DNA from: Azolla caroliniana
Lineage: Eukaryota > Plantae > Polypodiophyta
Reading direction: 5' to 3'
NCBI GenBank assembly: GCA_043228905.1
Contig: JBHGNT010000002.1
Span: 10,230,001-10,294,000, forward strand
DNA: 64,000 bases
Of the stretch, positions 11,415 through 24,021 are shown piece by piece. The notes under the pieces were generated by a model that made no database searches, was not told the DNA's origin, and was given only the letters and a program-made list of their open reading frames with translations. Every line of letters starts with the position of its first letter. Within the stretch, counting starts at the first letter, position 1. Made by a program: the position numbers and the translations under genes.

Positions 11415-13549
11415 AAATCCCCTCGGCTGTCGCCGCCAAGGATCTCGCGACTCCTCTCATGGTTCGGATGTACGGTCATGAACTGGACGGAATGCCGACC
11501 GTCTTGGCTCTTGACGCGCGCGTACGCCGAACCGTTGTCCAGCACCTTCGTCTCCATGTGTGTTGCCGTAATGTACAGTTCGCCGAGAATCACCGGGTGC
11601 GAGGATGTTTCTTGCACGAAGAAATGTTGATCTATCTCGATGTCACCGATCTTTACGTGTACATTCGGACACGCACCATGCAGCTCCTCTGTAGCACGCG
11701 TCGCCACGCGTATCTTCCACCCATGCTTGGTGTTGATGTAGAAATCCATGGACATCAGGTTGATTTTGGATCCATGGTCTACCAAGGCCACCACCGGTTC
11801 CGGAACATCGCTGATCCTCACAGGGGTTTCCGTAGTTTCCCTGGCCCAATGCGGCTTCGCGTAGTGGCTTTCCGCCAACTCGTCTTGTAGGGCCGTGTCT
11901 TCTAAGTGCGTAGTCCACACCTCCACCAGCTTCTCCGGTTCCGGCTCCGTCGAGAGCCTCTTCCGCTTCACCAAGTCTACGATGGAGTCGTGAAACTCCC
12001 TCTTGGCGATTCCCAGCACCTCCCGCAATGACAGCTCCACTTTATTGTCGAGGATCCGCTCTTCAAGGGCCTTCCGTAGGTCCGTTGCTGTCTCGATTTC
12101 GGTGCTCAACTGAAACCCCACCTGCTTCTTCCCATTCGGCGCGCCTGGGTTGTCGGCACCGGTCGGTTTCGGTCCGAACCGGGTCTCGTACCTCAGCAGG
12201 GGACCGACCCCTCCGGTCTTTCCTGCCCGTTTGTCTTCCACCAGAACCTCGTAGTTCTGGCAAGCGGCTTCTATGAAGCTCGTTTTCTCTTTGACCGGAT
12301 CGTCCCATCCGGTGACCTCCTGAACCCGTTGTTCAGCGTGGTCCGTCTCTTCCTTCTTCAACCGAACTCCGGAGAGGCCTTCTAGCACTAGCTGCCAGAA
12401 TCCTGAGTCCTTCGGCTTCCGGGTCTCATCACCCCCGACCTGAATTCCCGCCGACACTGAGTAGTTAACGGCTTCTACCTGTCGTGCCACGGTCTCTTCC
12501 ATCAACCTCTTCATTCCGCAGCGCCCCGTATTCAGTTCTAGGGCTCTCTGGGTCTCGCTCGCGTGTACCCGCCTGTTCCAGAGGTACACCACGTTGGTCC
12601 TGAGTGCATCGGCGAAATCCGTGCAATCCTTCCGAATGTGACCGATCGCGTCACACCACATGCACCGCTGCCCAGCTGGCGGCCTCCGGTCGCGAGGTTG
12701 TTCGCCGCTGTCTCTCTGGGCCTGTGCAATCTGTAGGTCGCGCACCATCTGTGTCAGCTCCTCCAGAGCCGCTCCTCTGGATGGGCCTTTGACCACGTCG
12801 TTCGATGTCGACGCCGACTCCAGCCAAATTCGGGTCTCTTCCTTCCTACCGGCTGGCATCGATACCGGCTCCTCGAGCCTCCTCGCCGGGACCGGTCCTG
12901 ACTCCGACGAGCTTTCGTCACTCCACTCGCGCCGTTTGTTAAAACAACTGCAGACCCGTTTTACCACGACCCAGTCTGCCGTGAGCCCTTCGTCCGTCTC
13001 CAATAGGGGAACCACCTTTTCCCTGTCGACCGCGTCCACCAACTTGACAAACAGTAGTACTCGACTCGTTTCGAGCACGGTCCGGTCCAGCGTCGACAAC
13101 CGCGCGAATCGTTTTTCGAACTCCTAGAGGAGTGCCGACGTGTTCCTCCCTTTCCCAGGGCTTTCCACCCATGCCATGAAGTCCCGCCTCGACAACCGAA
13201 GCGAGTCATCAAACCCTTACTTCTCGAGGAGCTGCAGATCGAACTCCTCCCAAGTTTGGCATCCGGCCAGCACCTCGAGCACCTCCGCGTGGATGCTCGG
13301 CGTCACCACCCGAGGGAATCCGGACAACCGGCTGTCCATCGGGATATCCCTCATGATCATTTCGGCCTGGTAAGCCTCCAAATAACTTGTGGGATTCTTC
13401 CCACCGAATCGGCCTATGCTGTCGACGATCAATTCAATGGCTCTGTCGAGGGTACCCGTCCCCTCGCGAGTGCTCACCAGCCGATCGACGGCTACCGCCA
13501 TTGCCTCTGCTAGCTCCGATCCCCTCATCTTCCGACTCCTTTGCCGCAT
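11411..13549 (-). pseudogene. Gypsy C gag-protease (ORF1), interrupted near 13100-13220
   Basis: ORFs 13217-13672 and 11411-13099; knuckle CMWCDAIGHIRKDC; protease ALVDHGSKINL. Confidence 0.88.
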
Positions 13550-13550
13550 G

Positions 13551-13568
13551 TTCACGTCGGGTTCACCA
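13551..13568 (-). promoter_or_regulatory. PBS complementary to tRNA-Trp 3' end
   Basis: Minus strand TGGTGAACCCGACGTGAA, 4 nt after the 5' LTR; matches the plant tRNA-Trp 3' end (TTCACGTCGGGTTCACCA) as recalled. Confidence 0.85.
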
Positions 13569-13572
13569 ATTA

Positions 13573-14233
13573 TGTCGCGAAGTTTCGCGTTCGCATGTAG
13601 AAAGAGGTGGGACCACGGGGGTCTTGAACCAAGGAGAGAGTGAGAGAGAGAGAGAGAGAGTTGCAAATACACAGAAGGAAAACAAGAGCAAGAAACAAGA
13701 ATCCGATTACTATAATCCGTAGCTTACAACTCGAACAATTACAACCGGCAAACCGGTAATGGACCTGACACGGGGTCCTACTCACGCACACAGACGACAG
13801 CCACTCGACTCGAAGAAACAAAAGAAAAAGGGGGGAGAGCATCTACTGGAAGCACACGGGTTGTTCACGAAGCAGAGGCAGCGAACTCCTAACACCCACA
13901 GAGAACGACGATCGGAGGAGAGAGAGCTCGGCCCTCGGTTCTGCAGCAACACTTCCTCCTCGCCAACGCGCGATACCCTTTCTTCCTTCTCTCCCTCCTT
14001 AAATAGTTCGCCAAGGGGAGACCGTTCTTCCCTAGTCAAATCGCTTTATTCCCTGTCCCTTTCGACAGAGATACGCACCAATCCTCTAATAATATATGTA
14101 CTACCTAGTATTTACATCAGCCGACCTAATTATGAATTATATCCACAATATCAATTCTCGCATCCACCTATGTAAGAGCCGGTTCATGCGCCGTTTTCTC
14201 CGATTCCGCCTATGGCCGGTTTTCTTCACGACA
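13573..14233 (-). repeat. 5' LTR of Gypsy C
   Basis: Direct repeat of 7333-7988. Confidence 0.92.
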
Positions 14234-14766
14234 TCGGATGACGAGTACCCGGCAAGGAAGACCCGGTGAGAACCGGATGTTGGAGGCCCGGTGAGAACTT
14301 CTCACCGGATGAAGGGACATATATGTAGATATGTTTCTAAGAACCCATTGGGGCTATATATGTAAATAGTCCTAATGTCATATTAGTATAAATGTGACCT
14401 AGGGCAAACAGTTTTTTTGATTATAGTTACTGTTATTATCTTTGTATAGTGTAATTGGTGTAACAACTATAGTGAGAGAAAGAGAGAGCGATACAGAGCA
14501 TGTCTCTATTGTAACCGCCGCTAGGTGAAGATTGTGAGCAAGAGGTTGTTGCCTCTGTGCTCCCTGTTGTACTCCTTGACATAGTGATAGTTTGGAGTCT
14601 GTGGACTCCTGTGGTTTTTCCCTCTTAGGGTTTTCCACGTTAACATCTTGTGTATTCTCTTTCTGTTTGTGTACTTACATCCATTCCCATTTCTTTTGTG
14701 TTTGATTGTCATCAAGTGATCTACGCTTCGGTTGTTGCCGGACATTATTCCGCATATTTCTCGTCA
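14234..14766 (+). repeat. 5' LTR of Copia B, second part
   Basis: Matches 27757-28289; ends TTCTCGTCA; followed by PBS-like TAGTATCAAAGC (14770-14781). Confidence 0.88.
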
Positions 14767-15119
14767 AACTAGTATCAAAGCGAAACGACACAGAAAATGG
14801 ATGATTCGTTGGGAGGCATGTTCATGCTCACCGGCTCCAACTACTAAGTGTGGAAGTCAAAGATGAGGGACATGCTCGTGGTTAAAGATCTTTGGTTGCC
14901 GGTTTAGTTTGGGGACAAGAGACTGGACAAAATCGATGCCACGATATGGGAGTTGATGCACATGAAGACAACGACGTACATACAGTGCTTCATCGACATG
15001 AGTCTATACAACAACTTCAATGAAGAGAGCAAGGATCATGAGCTCTGGGAGAAGATCGACATTATGTTTCAGAACAAAAATGTTGGTAATCAGGTTTCAG
15101 TATTTCGGAAGCTAGTAAG

Positions 15120-15575
15120 TGTTGTCCAGAGGACAGAAATGTAAAATGAGGGAATTAGCAAACGCCGAGTCCGAGTATCATGGGCCACCGGCGGCTCGGC
15201 TGTGTATTAGGGGAAAAGTTATTTAAACGAGGACCAGTACCTCAGAGAAAGAGAGAAGAAAAATATAGGCGGAAGCACTAGCTTAGTCCCTCGTAACTAG
15301 ATAAACTTATAAGGTCACCGGCCATAGGCTGTGTTCTGTAATCTTTTCTGTCATAGTAATATATCTGATTTGTGCCCATTTTGCTCCATGAGTCTGTGCT
15401 TTGATCCATACCTATGAGTTCAACGCCGCCCACGCCTATCAAGACCTCGCTAGTGTTTTCTCTCTGAGCCCTATCTCTCTCTCGATACCTCTGTTACGAG
15501 CCTTCACGTACCACGCCCTTGAATACCGATAGCCGCAGATCTATCGAAGGTGTTCACCTAAAGGAACGGGTAACA
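15120..15575 (+). repeat. 5' LTR of Gypsy D
   Basis: TGTTGTCCAG...GGTAACA; TATTTAAA near 15220. Confidence 0.95.
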
Positions 15576-15580
15576 CAATT

Positions 15581-15593
15581 TGGCACGCCCGGT
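15581..15593 (+). promoter_or_regulatory. PBS (tRNA-Arg type) of Gypsy D
   Basis: TGGCACGCCCGGT, 5 nt after the LTR; matches the common Tat/Ogre-type Arg PBS TGGCACGCCCGGTGGGAC. Confidence 0.8.
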
Positions 15594-15700
15594 TACAGCT
15601 GTGAGTGCATAGTGAACTTCGTTGAAGGTAACCACCAGCCGCCGTTACGGCGCCCTCTTGCACCACGAGGTCTCAGCCACCCGCCCGACGCCCTGAGCCA

Positions 15701-18700
15701 GTGGAAGGAACTTCCGACTCGGCGATCACTGACCAATCCTTTCCCGAGCAATCGGAGGCTTCCCTAGTGCAATCCTCGCCAGCGAACACTCGATCGCGAG
15801 TTGATTCACCACCAAAACCCCCGTCGAGCCCTCCGGAGGTCAATCAACCGGAACTAAACCCTTTTCCGGTGCTACCAGAAGACCCAGTGTACGACATCAT
15901 GCCGTACTCATACCCACGATACACCGACGGACCAGACGCGGAGTCACACATCCGTGCCTTCATATCCACGTGGCAGGCTAACCACTCCACGCACCGCCTC
16001 ACGCCGGCTGAAATCGATGCCTCAAAGATTGCCGAGTTCACACTCTCCATCGATGGACCGGCCACACGATGGTACTCTCGCCTCGAAATAGGAGAGGCCA
16101 CCACTTTCCAAATCGTGCGCACAAAGTTCCTTGAACTTTTTCATCGTGAGGTGCCTAAACGGGAATTGCTCCGGCAATTCTTCTCTATATGCCAGGAACC
16201 GCACGAAACGGTCGCGCAGTTCACGATCCGGTTCCAGGATCTCTACAGACAAGTGGCCGATGATGTCTCGGCACAACATATACCAGACACTTTCCTATCC
16301 AGTTTACGAGAGCCTCTACGAACGATTCTTGCACTTACAAATTTCGCCAACCATACTATCGAACAAGTCATAGCGCGCGTTCTCGCCCTCGATCGGAACC
16401 AGCACGACGCGGCCTTCTCGATGACATCCTTGCAAAACGCTCTTCCACAAGAGGACAATCGCTTTCGCCAAGCCCTCCAATGCACGGCGTGTTCAGGATC
16501 AGGGTACCTGGCCCTCGAATGCCCCCACCGAACATAGTGTCCGATCTGTCAGTCTCGAGCTCACACGGTCGAGCAGTGCGAATATAATATGTTGAACCGC
16601 ACAACGGCGGCACCGGTCCGCTAGATCGAGCCACGAAATACATACTCTCGGCAGGACGAGCGATATATCTACCGAGACCAAGATAACGACCGACCGCGAT
16701 CCCCGGATCGACGACGCCGAGACGACGACTACCGACGTGATGACCGCCGTGATCATTATCGCGATGACCGGCACGACGATTATGCCCGATATGATGACGA
16801 TCGCGATGACCGGTATGACCGACGGAACTCACGCATTGATCGGAGAAACGGCAACCGCAACACACGCAACAATAGAATACCTAATGACAACCGCCGACAG
16901 GACGCTCCTCAAAATGACCAGCGCAACTCCAACGCACCTCGGAACAACCCACCACCAAACGAGACCGAGAATCAACAACAACAACTTCCACAAATAGACC
17001 GAGCGTACACCAACAACTCGGCCAACGTGACATGTTTTAAATGTAATCAACCAGGCCATTACGCCACGCAATGTTCGACAACCAACCATGGCAAGGCACC
17101 CGCGGTGAATAGTATCATGGCCGATGTTCAAACGGTCACTACCCGGAGTAAAGCGCAAACTACTCAGTGGCAAATCCAGGATGAAGTACGTCCGGCAGCA
17201 AAAGAATGGATCGACACAGCCAATAAAAATAATGCCGTACGCATGCAAACTGACATGAGAGACGGGCCCAGTGAAGTACCACAAACCTCGGCACCATCCA
17301 CGTCGTCGGAGGACGACCAGCTATGGGATGTTCTTACCAACTCCCACATCTCGCTGCCCCTACATAAACTGCTACCACTCATGCCGAGATTTCGAGACAC
17401 CCTGGCGGCACTCCAGGCCAATACTAAGCCCGTGACGCCACCGGTACACCTCACCGAAGCAGGAACCGGTCCACCACTCATGGATTCTCAGAACCCAGCT
17501 GTGCGAATCATCATTAAGGGACAAGACCTGCATGGATGCATCATCGACGGCGGATCCGGCGTAAACGTTATTAGCGAGTTAACGTGTCTCAACCTCGGCC
17601 TGAATCAATGGGAACCATGCCCCTTTTGGCTTCGGATGGCCGACACCTGCTCCGTTCGCCCCATTGGTTTAATCCGCCATCTCGACTTCACACTCGGAGG
17701 CGACATGTTCACGATCTCGGCCGTCGTGCTGAGACTGGAGACACAAGGTGCCTACCCACTGTTACTAGGTCGACCATGGTTGCGTACAACAAATATCAAG
17801 CAACATTGGCAACGCAACATGATCTCGTTCCGAAGAGGCAAGACAAAAGTCCGCATCATCACTGAAGAACGAGTCCCCGTCGCCCTTAACACTTCGCCGT
17901 TATACGCGGAAGGGGTCCATATGCTTGACGGTTTGGCCGATGAGGAGATCGATGACTTCCTAGATGATCATCCCACAATCATCCCTCTCTTCGAAATAGA
18001 TGCCTTACCAACCATCGAGCCATCTAAAGACGAGGAAGTCACGGAGGAGTCACCACCCCAAGATGAACCAGATCCAACCACAGTTGCCGAGCTACGTCAT
18101 GCTCGGGAGGCTTTCGAACGCGAACTTGCCATTTCACAACGAGTGAAAGCATCAACCCTGGAAACAATAAACCTCGGTTCGGACGAGAATCCCCATACGT
18201 TACAAATTGCCAATAATCTACCAACTGGAGAACGAGCATGCCTCGTAAAATTGCTCACCGACTACCGGGATGTTTTCGCTTGGTCTTACACCGATATGAA
18301 GGGGCTGGATCCTCAATACTACCAACATCAAATTCATATCTTACCCGACACTCAGCCGGTTTAGCAGAGGCGCTACAGGATGAACCCCAACTACGCCGCT
18401 AAAGTCAAAGAGGAAATCGACAAACTACTCCGAGTGGGCTTCATTCGCCCTGTTAAACGGGCCACATGGTCCCAAAGAAGAACGGAACAATCCGCGTCTG
18501 CATCGACTATCGGAAGCTTAATGCGGCAACAGTCACCGACGGTTTCCCTCTCCCATTCACGGATAGTGTCCTCGACACGGTAGCCGGCCACGAATGTTAC
18601 AGTTTCCTCGACGGGTTCAGCGGCTATAACAAGATAAGAATGCACCTGGAGGATCAGGAGAAAACCGCTTTCGTCACGGAATGGGGTGTTTTTGTAGCAG

Positions 18701-21013
18701 AAGTTATGATGTTCGGTCTAAAAACGGCGCCGGCTACATTCCAGCGCATCATCACCGAAATCTTTCATGACTACATCCCGGCGTTCATGCAAGTCTTTCT
18801 CGACGATTTCGCCGTGCATGGCCATCGACGGGAAAACATGACCCAGTTACGACTCTGCCTGGACCGATGTCGCCAAGCTCGATTGAGTTTAAACTCGGCG
18901 AAATGCGCATTCTTAGTCACCAACGACAACCTTCTCGGCCACATTGTCAGTCAAGAAGGCATCGCTATGGACCCGGATAAAGTAAAGGCAATCCTGAATG
19001 CCACTGCACCCTCGAACGCTAAGGCACTAAGCTGTTTTTTGGGACAGATCCGGTGGCACAGCTGAATGATACGACACCTGGCCGATTTCGCGACACCTTT
19101 ACACGCGGCAGTCCATCGCCTTCCTTTCCAATGGACGTCAATCGAGGACACGGCCTATCAGACCCTGAAACGAATGCTGTCACATGCCCCGGTGGTCCAG
19201 TCCCCGGTTTGGTCCGAACCGTTTCATGTCTTCGTAGATGCTTCAGACATCGCCATCGGAAGTGCCCTAATGCAATGCACACCCCCGAATTGGTATAGGC
19301 CTGTGTACTACGCCAGCCGACGGCTCTCGACCGCGGAAAAGAATTACTCCACCACCGAGCGGGAGGCCCTCGGTATGATTTATAGCATCAATAAATTTCG
19401 GCATTACCTCTTGGGCCGAAAATTTACCTTTCACGTGGATCACTCGGCCCTTCTTTATTTGGTCAATAAACAAGCCGTCACCGGACGGTTGGCTCGGTGG
19501 ATGCTCCTACTACAAGAGTTTGATTTCCAAATTCAGCATCGACCCGGGGTACAACATGCCGTCGCCGACTACTTAAGCCGTCTTGAGTCAGGGGAACCGG
19601 CAAAAACAACGTACGACGAGCTACCGGACGCCAACCTATTTAACCTGACCACGATACCAGATGATAACGGAGATGAATGGATCACGGAGATGACCCATTT
19701 TCTCACTACCGGCGTACCTCCCGAGCACATGACCCTTGACACGAGAAAACGCCTAGGAGTGCGTAGCCGGAATTTTTGCCTAGTCTCGGACATTCTCTAC
19801 CACAAAGGCTCGGACGGCATATGGCGCCGAGCGATTCGACAATTCGAGAAGAACGCCGTTCTTCAGGAAGCCCACCAGGGAGTAGCTAGGGGGCACTACG
19901 CCGGGGATTCCACAACAAGGAAAGTTTGGCAAAGTGGATTGTGGTGGCCGACAACGAAGAAAGACGCTCATGAGATTTGCCAGCAGTGCGATTTGTGCCA
20001 ACGACTGGGGCAACCAATGGAACAGTCACGGATGCCACACCAGCCGATTCTTCCGTTGGACACATTTCAAAAATGGGGTTTGGATTTTGTAGGCCCTTTC
20101 AAACCACCCGCGGCCCGAACAGGGAATAGGTATATTATTGTTGCCACGGATTACTGCACCAAATGGGTCGAGGCTAAGGCACTCCGAGATAACACGGTGG
20201 CGTCCACGGCTAAATTCGTGTACGAGCACCTCTGGTGCCGTTACGGATGCCCAATCGAGCTCGTTAGTGATTAAGTGGGTACTTCATCAATCACATAATA
20301 CGTGAGCTTACACACCACTACGCGGTGGTGCACAAGAAAAGCACACCATACTACCCGCAGGCGAACGGCTTGGTGGAATCGACCAATAAAATCCTCCAAA
20401 CCATATTGAAGAAGATCGTCAATGAAAACAGGACCGATTGGGATGACAAACTCCAGAGCGCGTTGTGGGCGTATCGTACGACTTTCAAAACAAGCATCCA
20501 ATCAACCCCCTTTCGAATGGCGTTCGGGTTAGAAGCCGTAATGCCCGTCGAGTTCCAAGTCCCAAGCCTCCGAGTTCAAGTCAAAGCACGGCTCCCCGAG
20601 GCCCAATCCGCGCAATACCGGCTGGAACAACTCCTCGAACTCGGCGAAGATAGGATAGAGAGTATGGCCCAGCTCGAACAACGCCAACGGCAAAGCAAGG
20701 CTTTCGTGGATCGACATCGACACAGGCTGGAAAAGGAGCTCACCATCGGCAAACCGGTTCTTCTTTTTCAAACACGACTCGGGTCTATGCCGGGAAAATT
20801 AAGATTTCGGTGGACCGGTCCATTCTAGATTATCGACGAGTTCAACGGGACGTTCCAGCTCGGCACACTCGCCGGCGACACTGTCAAAAGCTGGGCCAAT
20901 GGTTTCCGACTTCGGCCATATCGAGGGACTACACCACCCAACCTGTTTACCGAGCCACACGGCACAAACGAGTTTCTGGAGACCACCACGGAGGAGGCCA
21001 CGTGTCCCCCTGA
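15701..21013 (+). pseudogene. Gypsy D gag-pol polyprotein with scattered premature stops/frameshifts
   Basis: gag 15701-16537; knuckle CFKCNQPGHYATQC; protease IIDGGSGVN; RT (DYRKLN, LDGFSGYN, FLDD); RNase H (DAS, TTEREAL, ADYLSR); integrase (H-H-C-C, WGLDFVGPF, QANGLVE, RWTGPF). Confidence 0.93.
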
Positions 21014-21230
21014 ATAAGGACTCACCCACCTTCTTGAAATTAATAAAAGTAGTAGTAGGTAGGATTAACCATAGTTTAGCCACCGATTAGCTACACCTAC
21101 ACCACCCACCTAGGCACCCACAATTTTAGGAGCACCCCTCGCCACCACTCATTTAGTACCTATTTAAGCACATGCAAAGCACTAGAAGCACCCCACTCAC
21201 CTTCAGGACACGTGGTGCTAGTCACTTATT

Positions 21231-23923
21231 ATGGCACCCACGACTCAGAATCTTCAGGATTCGCTTCAAGCACAAAACCCTAGGAGTAAGTTACTAAAAC
21301 CGTTTCCAAAACGCAGCACAGACACAAAAGTTCATTATCGCTCCCCATCTCCATCGCTCTCAAGCTCAGAAACCCCGTCTCGCTCTCATCGCGCTAAACG
21401 CTCTTGCTCTCAAGCCCTCTTTCGCTCTCATAACCCCTCTGCTGGACTTCCCCTTCCTGCTGTTACTCCTGTGGCTCGCCCTCGCCTCATCACTCTTCTT
21501 CTCGCTTCCACATAGTCGAACCCCGTGTCCATCTCCACCATGCCTCTTACCGCTTCAACAGAAACTCGCGCCTGGCTCCAAGAACGAGGAATGGGCGGTT
21601 ACCTGAAAATCATGGATGCCCCTGCGCACCCAGATGCCCAAACTGTGGCTAAACGTATAAGTCCCGAAGCCATCACCAACAACGTGCTTCGGGCTGTTTT
21701 GGACCTGCAACGGGGAGGGGACCATGAGGTCGACATACCCTCGGCATCAAAGATGAAAGCGTACTTCGGTGAGTACTCAGCCTCAGTCCCAACAGAGCTT
21801 TCGGGGAGATTGCTCGTATATTAATGGAGTATGCGTTCGTGCATACGAACCCAACGAGCATGCCGCAGAACAAGGCAACCATCATCATCAGCGCGTATGA
21901 AGGAAACATAATCAATTGGGGAATCATCACAGGCGAGGGACTCCGCGCCGCCTTAGCTTCATTTCAGTTCGGTAAGAAGATGTTGTCTGTTCTTACCCAC
22001 TTTTTGATGGTTCTATACCCACCCTCTTCTCTTCCTTCCCCTCGCACACTCACCTCCCCACCACCACCACGAAGGCAGAAAGAGAAATTCGTTGCCATCA
22101 GCCACGAAGCATGGGAGGAGCCCACATCGCCTCCACCTCCTACCGCTGACCAAAACCCCGCATTTGCACCACCACCCACTCAACCCCAACAAAAAAGGGC
22201 AGTTTCCGAGACCTGCCAAGAATGGGAGGAGGAGGTAGCCGCGGAAGATAACACGGCCGATGATGTCACCATTTGACAACCAACGTCGCGCCCCTCGGTA
22301 ACTTCCCCAGGGCCTAGCCCACGCCCCAACACACAACAGGCTGCACCACCACGACCCCAGAAAAGGAATCAGGCGGAGGAAACGACACTACTGGCCCCGT
22401 AACCCCAAACACAGCCGAGCAAGAGAAGACGACTTAATCGTGAGTCCTCGGAAGAACAGAAAGAGCCACAACAGGAGCAAGCCTTAGTTGTCAGACAGAG
22501 CAACCTGGCCATCATCCCTGAGGAGGCATCGCTGAACCAGGGAAAGATCGAGCATGGGCAGACAACGCAGATCTCGGAGGATGAAGTCCTCGGGTATAAG
22601 GACCTCCCCGCGGAGGCTTACGAATTTAGTGCGCTCCTACGCCTCGGTACGACATTCGAGCTGGTCGACTTCCTCGCCAGAGCCCAAGTCGCGGCAGCCG
22701 CTCGAATGGCAGAGGAGCACGCCGAAACAAAAATGATTCAACGCGCGCTAATAGGTGAAATTGAGCCCCAGGAGGACAGGGCTTTACAAAAAATCGGGAG
22801 AAAGAAGCAGGCAAAACAGGCCGCTCTCCTCATGGAGGTCCCCGAGTTGAACACGGCCCTTATCGAGGCATATCAGCAGGAGGAAAGAAATCGCCAACGG
22901 GAGGAGAGAATGATCGCGGAGAATGCCGAGTTGTAGAGTCAACGTACGACCCTTAAAGAAATGGCTGACGAGTTTTTCATCAAGTGCAAGCTACTTTTGA
23001 AGCAAAAAGACGAATTATCGGATTCCTACTTCGCCCTACAAGAAGAGAGAATCGTCGAACGAGAACAAATCCGGGCCACGTGTCAAAAAGAACGGGAGCA
23101 AGCCACTGAAGAACTCACCAAGCATTATGAGCAGGCTCTCCAGCTCGTAACCACGGATGCAAAGAACACTCAAGCCATCTATGAGCTAAGAGCACAGAAG
23201 ATTCAGGCCGAGGTCGACGGCTTAAAACAGGAATTAGCAGCCATCCGAGCACAACCCGGCATGGATGAGACACGCATCAGAATACTGATCGAGAAACAAC
23301 GCCAACACCTTACCAAAAAGGTCGAGGAAACATTAAGTCGCGCAGGAGACGAATGGGCAGCCCAAGCTGCCGAATTGCATATTTTACGCGCCGACGCCGA
23401 GACCTGACGGAAGGAGGGCCGCGGCTTCTACAAAATGGACGAAGCCAGCATACAAAACCTGCGTGCAGATTTAACCGAGGATTACCAGTCCTTGGCAAAA
23501 TCTCACACCGCGGCAATCGAGCAAATAATGGAGGACTTCAATGACGGTTAGATGCTGTTTCGCTTGGAAGCAGAAGCCTTCGAATGAGAACGACTCGCAG
23601 CCATCCCAACCAGCCCTCCAACGGCCACAGAGCAGAAGGAAGAACCTTCCAGCAAGGAGATCACGGACACGGCACAGGACGAACTTGCCCCGGCCAACAG
23701 ACATCCCATGGACGCCCACACGGTACCAGATCCTGTTGAAGTAGAGGTCAGCGCCCACGAACCCACAACCCCACCAGAAGAATCGGTCGCACCTGAGGCG
23801 GACGCCCAAGAAGATATGACACCCCCGGACCAAACTCAACCCCCCGCACCGACAGTCCAACCAGACCACCGTGCCACCACCTCGGACCTCGAAAACATCA
23901 TCGACATCTTAAAAGAGGAATGA
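21231..23923 (+). pseudogene. Extra sense ORF of Gypsy D (globular N-domain, Pro-rich linker, long coiled coil, acidic tail), fragmented
   Basis: ORF fragments 21525-21824, 21824-22276, 22706-22936, 22961-23407, 23708-23923; colinear homology with E fragments 38301-38876, 36936-37640, 36025-36996. Confidence 0.75.
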
Positions 23924-24002
23924 AACGAGGATCATGCCTAAAAGGCAATTTTTGTAATATTGTTAGTATTTTGTAAGTCGTGGGTCTGACGGACAAGGTC
24001 CT

Positions 24003-24019
24003 GTCCCACGGGCGTGCCA
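24003..24019 (-). promoter_or_regulatory. Inverted PBS-like (tRNA-Arg) site at the PPT position of Gypsy D
   Basis: GTCCCACGGGCGTGCCA then GG then the 3' LTR; no polypurine tract present. Confidence 0.75.
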
Positions 24020-24021
24020 GG

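Larger units (their letters stand above)
7333..14233 (-). mobile_element. Ty3/Gypsy LTR retrotransposon C (nested in B 5' LTR)
   Basis: LTRs 7333-7988 and 13573-14233, TG..CA; gag-PR, RT, RH, INT on minus strand; tRNA-Trp PBS; TSD degenerate. Confidence 0.92.

Noticed and set aside
10720-11481. 253-aa plus-strand ORF (and similar antisense ORFs across the retroelements)
   Set aside because: Antisense shadow of the GC-rich pol/gag frame with no recognisable motifs
21231-23923. Retroviral env gene
   Set aside because: No signal peptide, transmembrane segment or fusion-peptide pattern visible; kept as unknown extra ORF
24003-24019. tRNA gene or SINE
   Set aside because: Only the 3' ~17 nt including CCA resemble a tRNA; no cloverleaf or A/B boxes upstream
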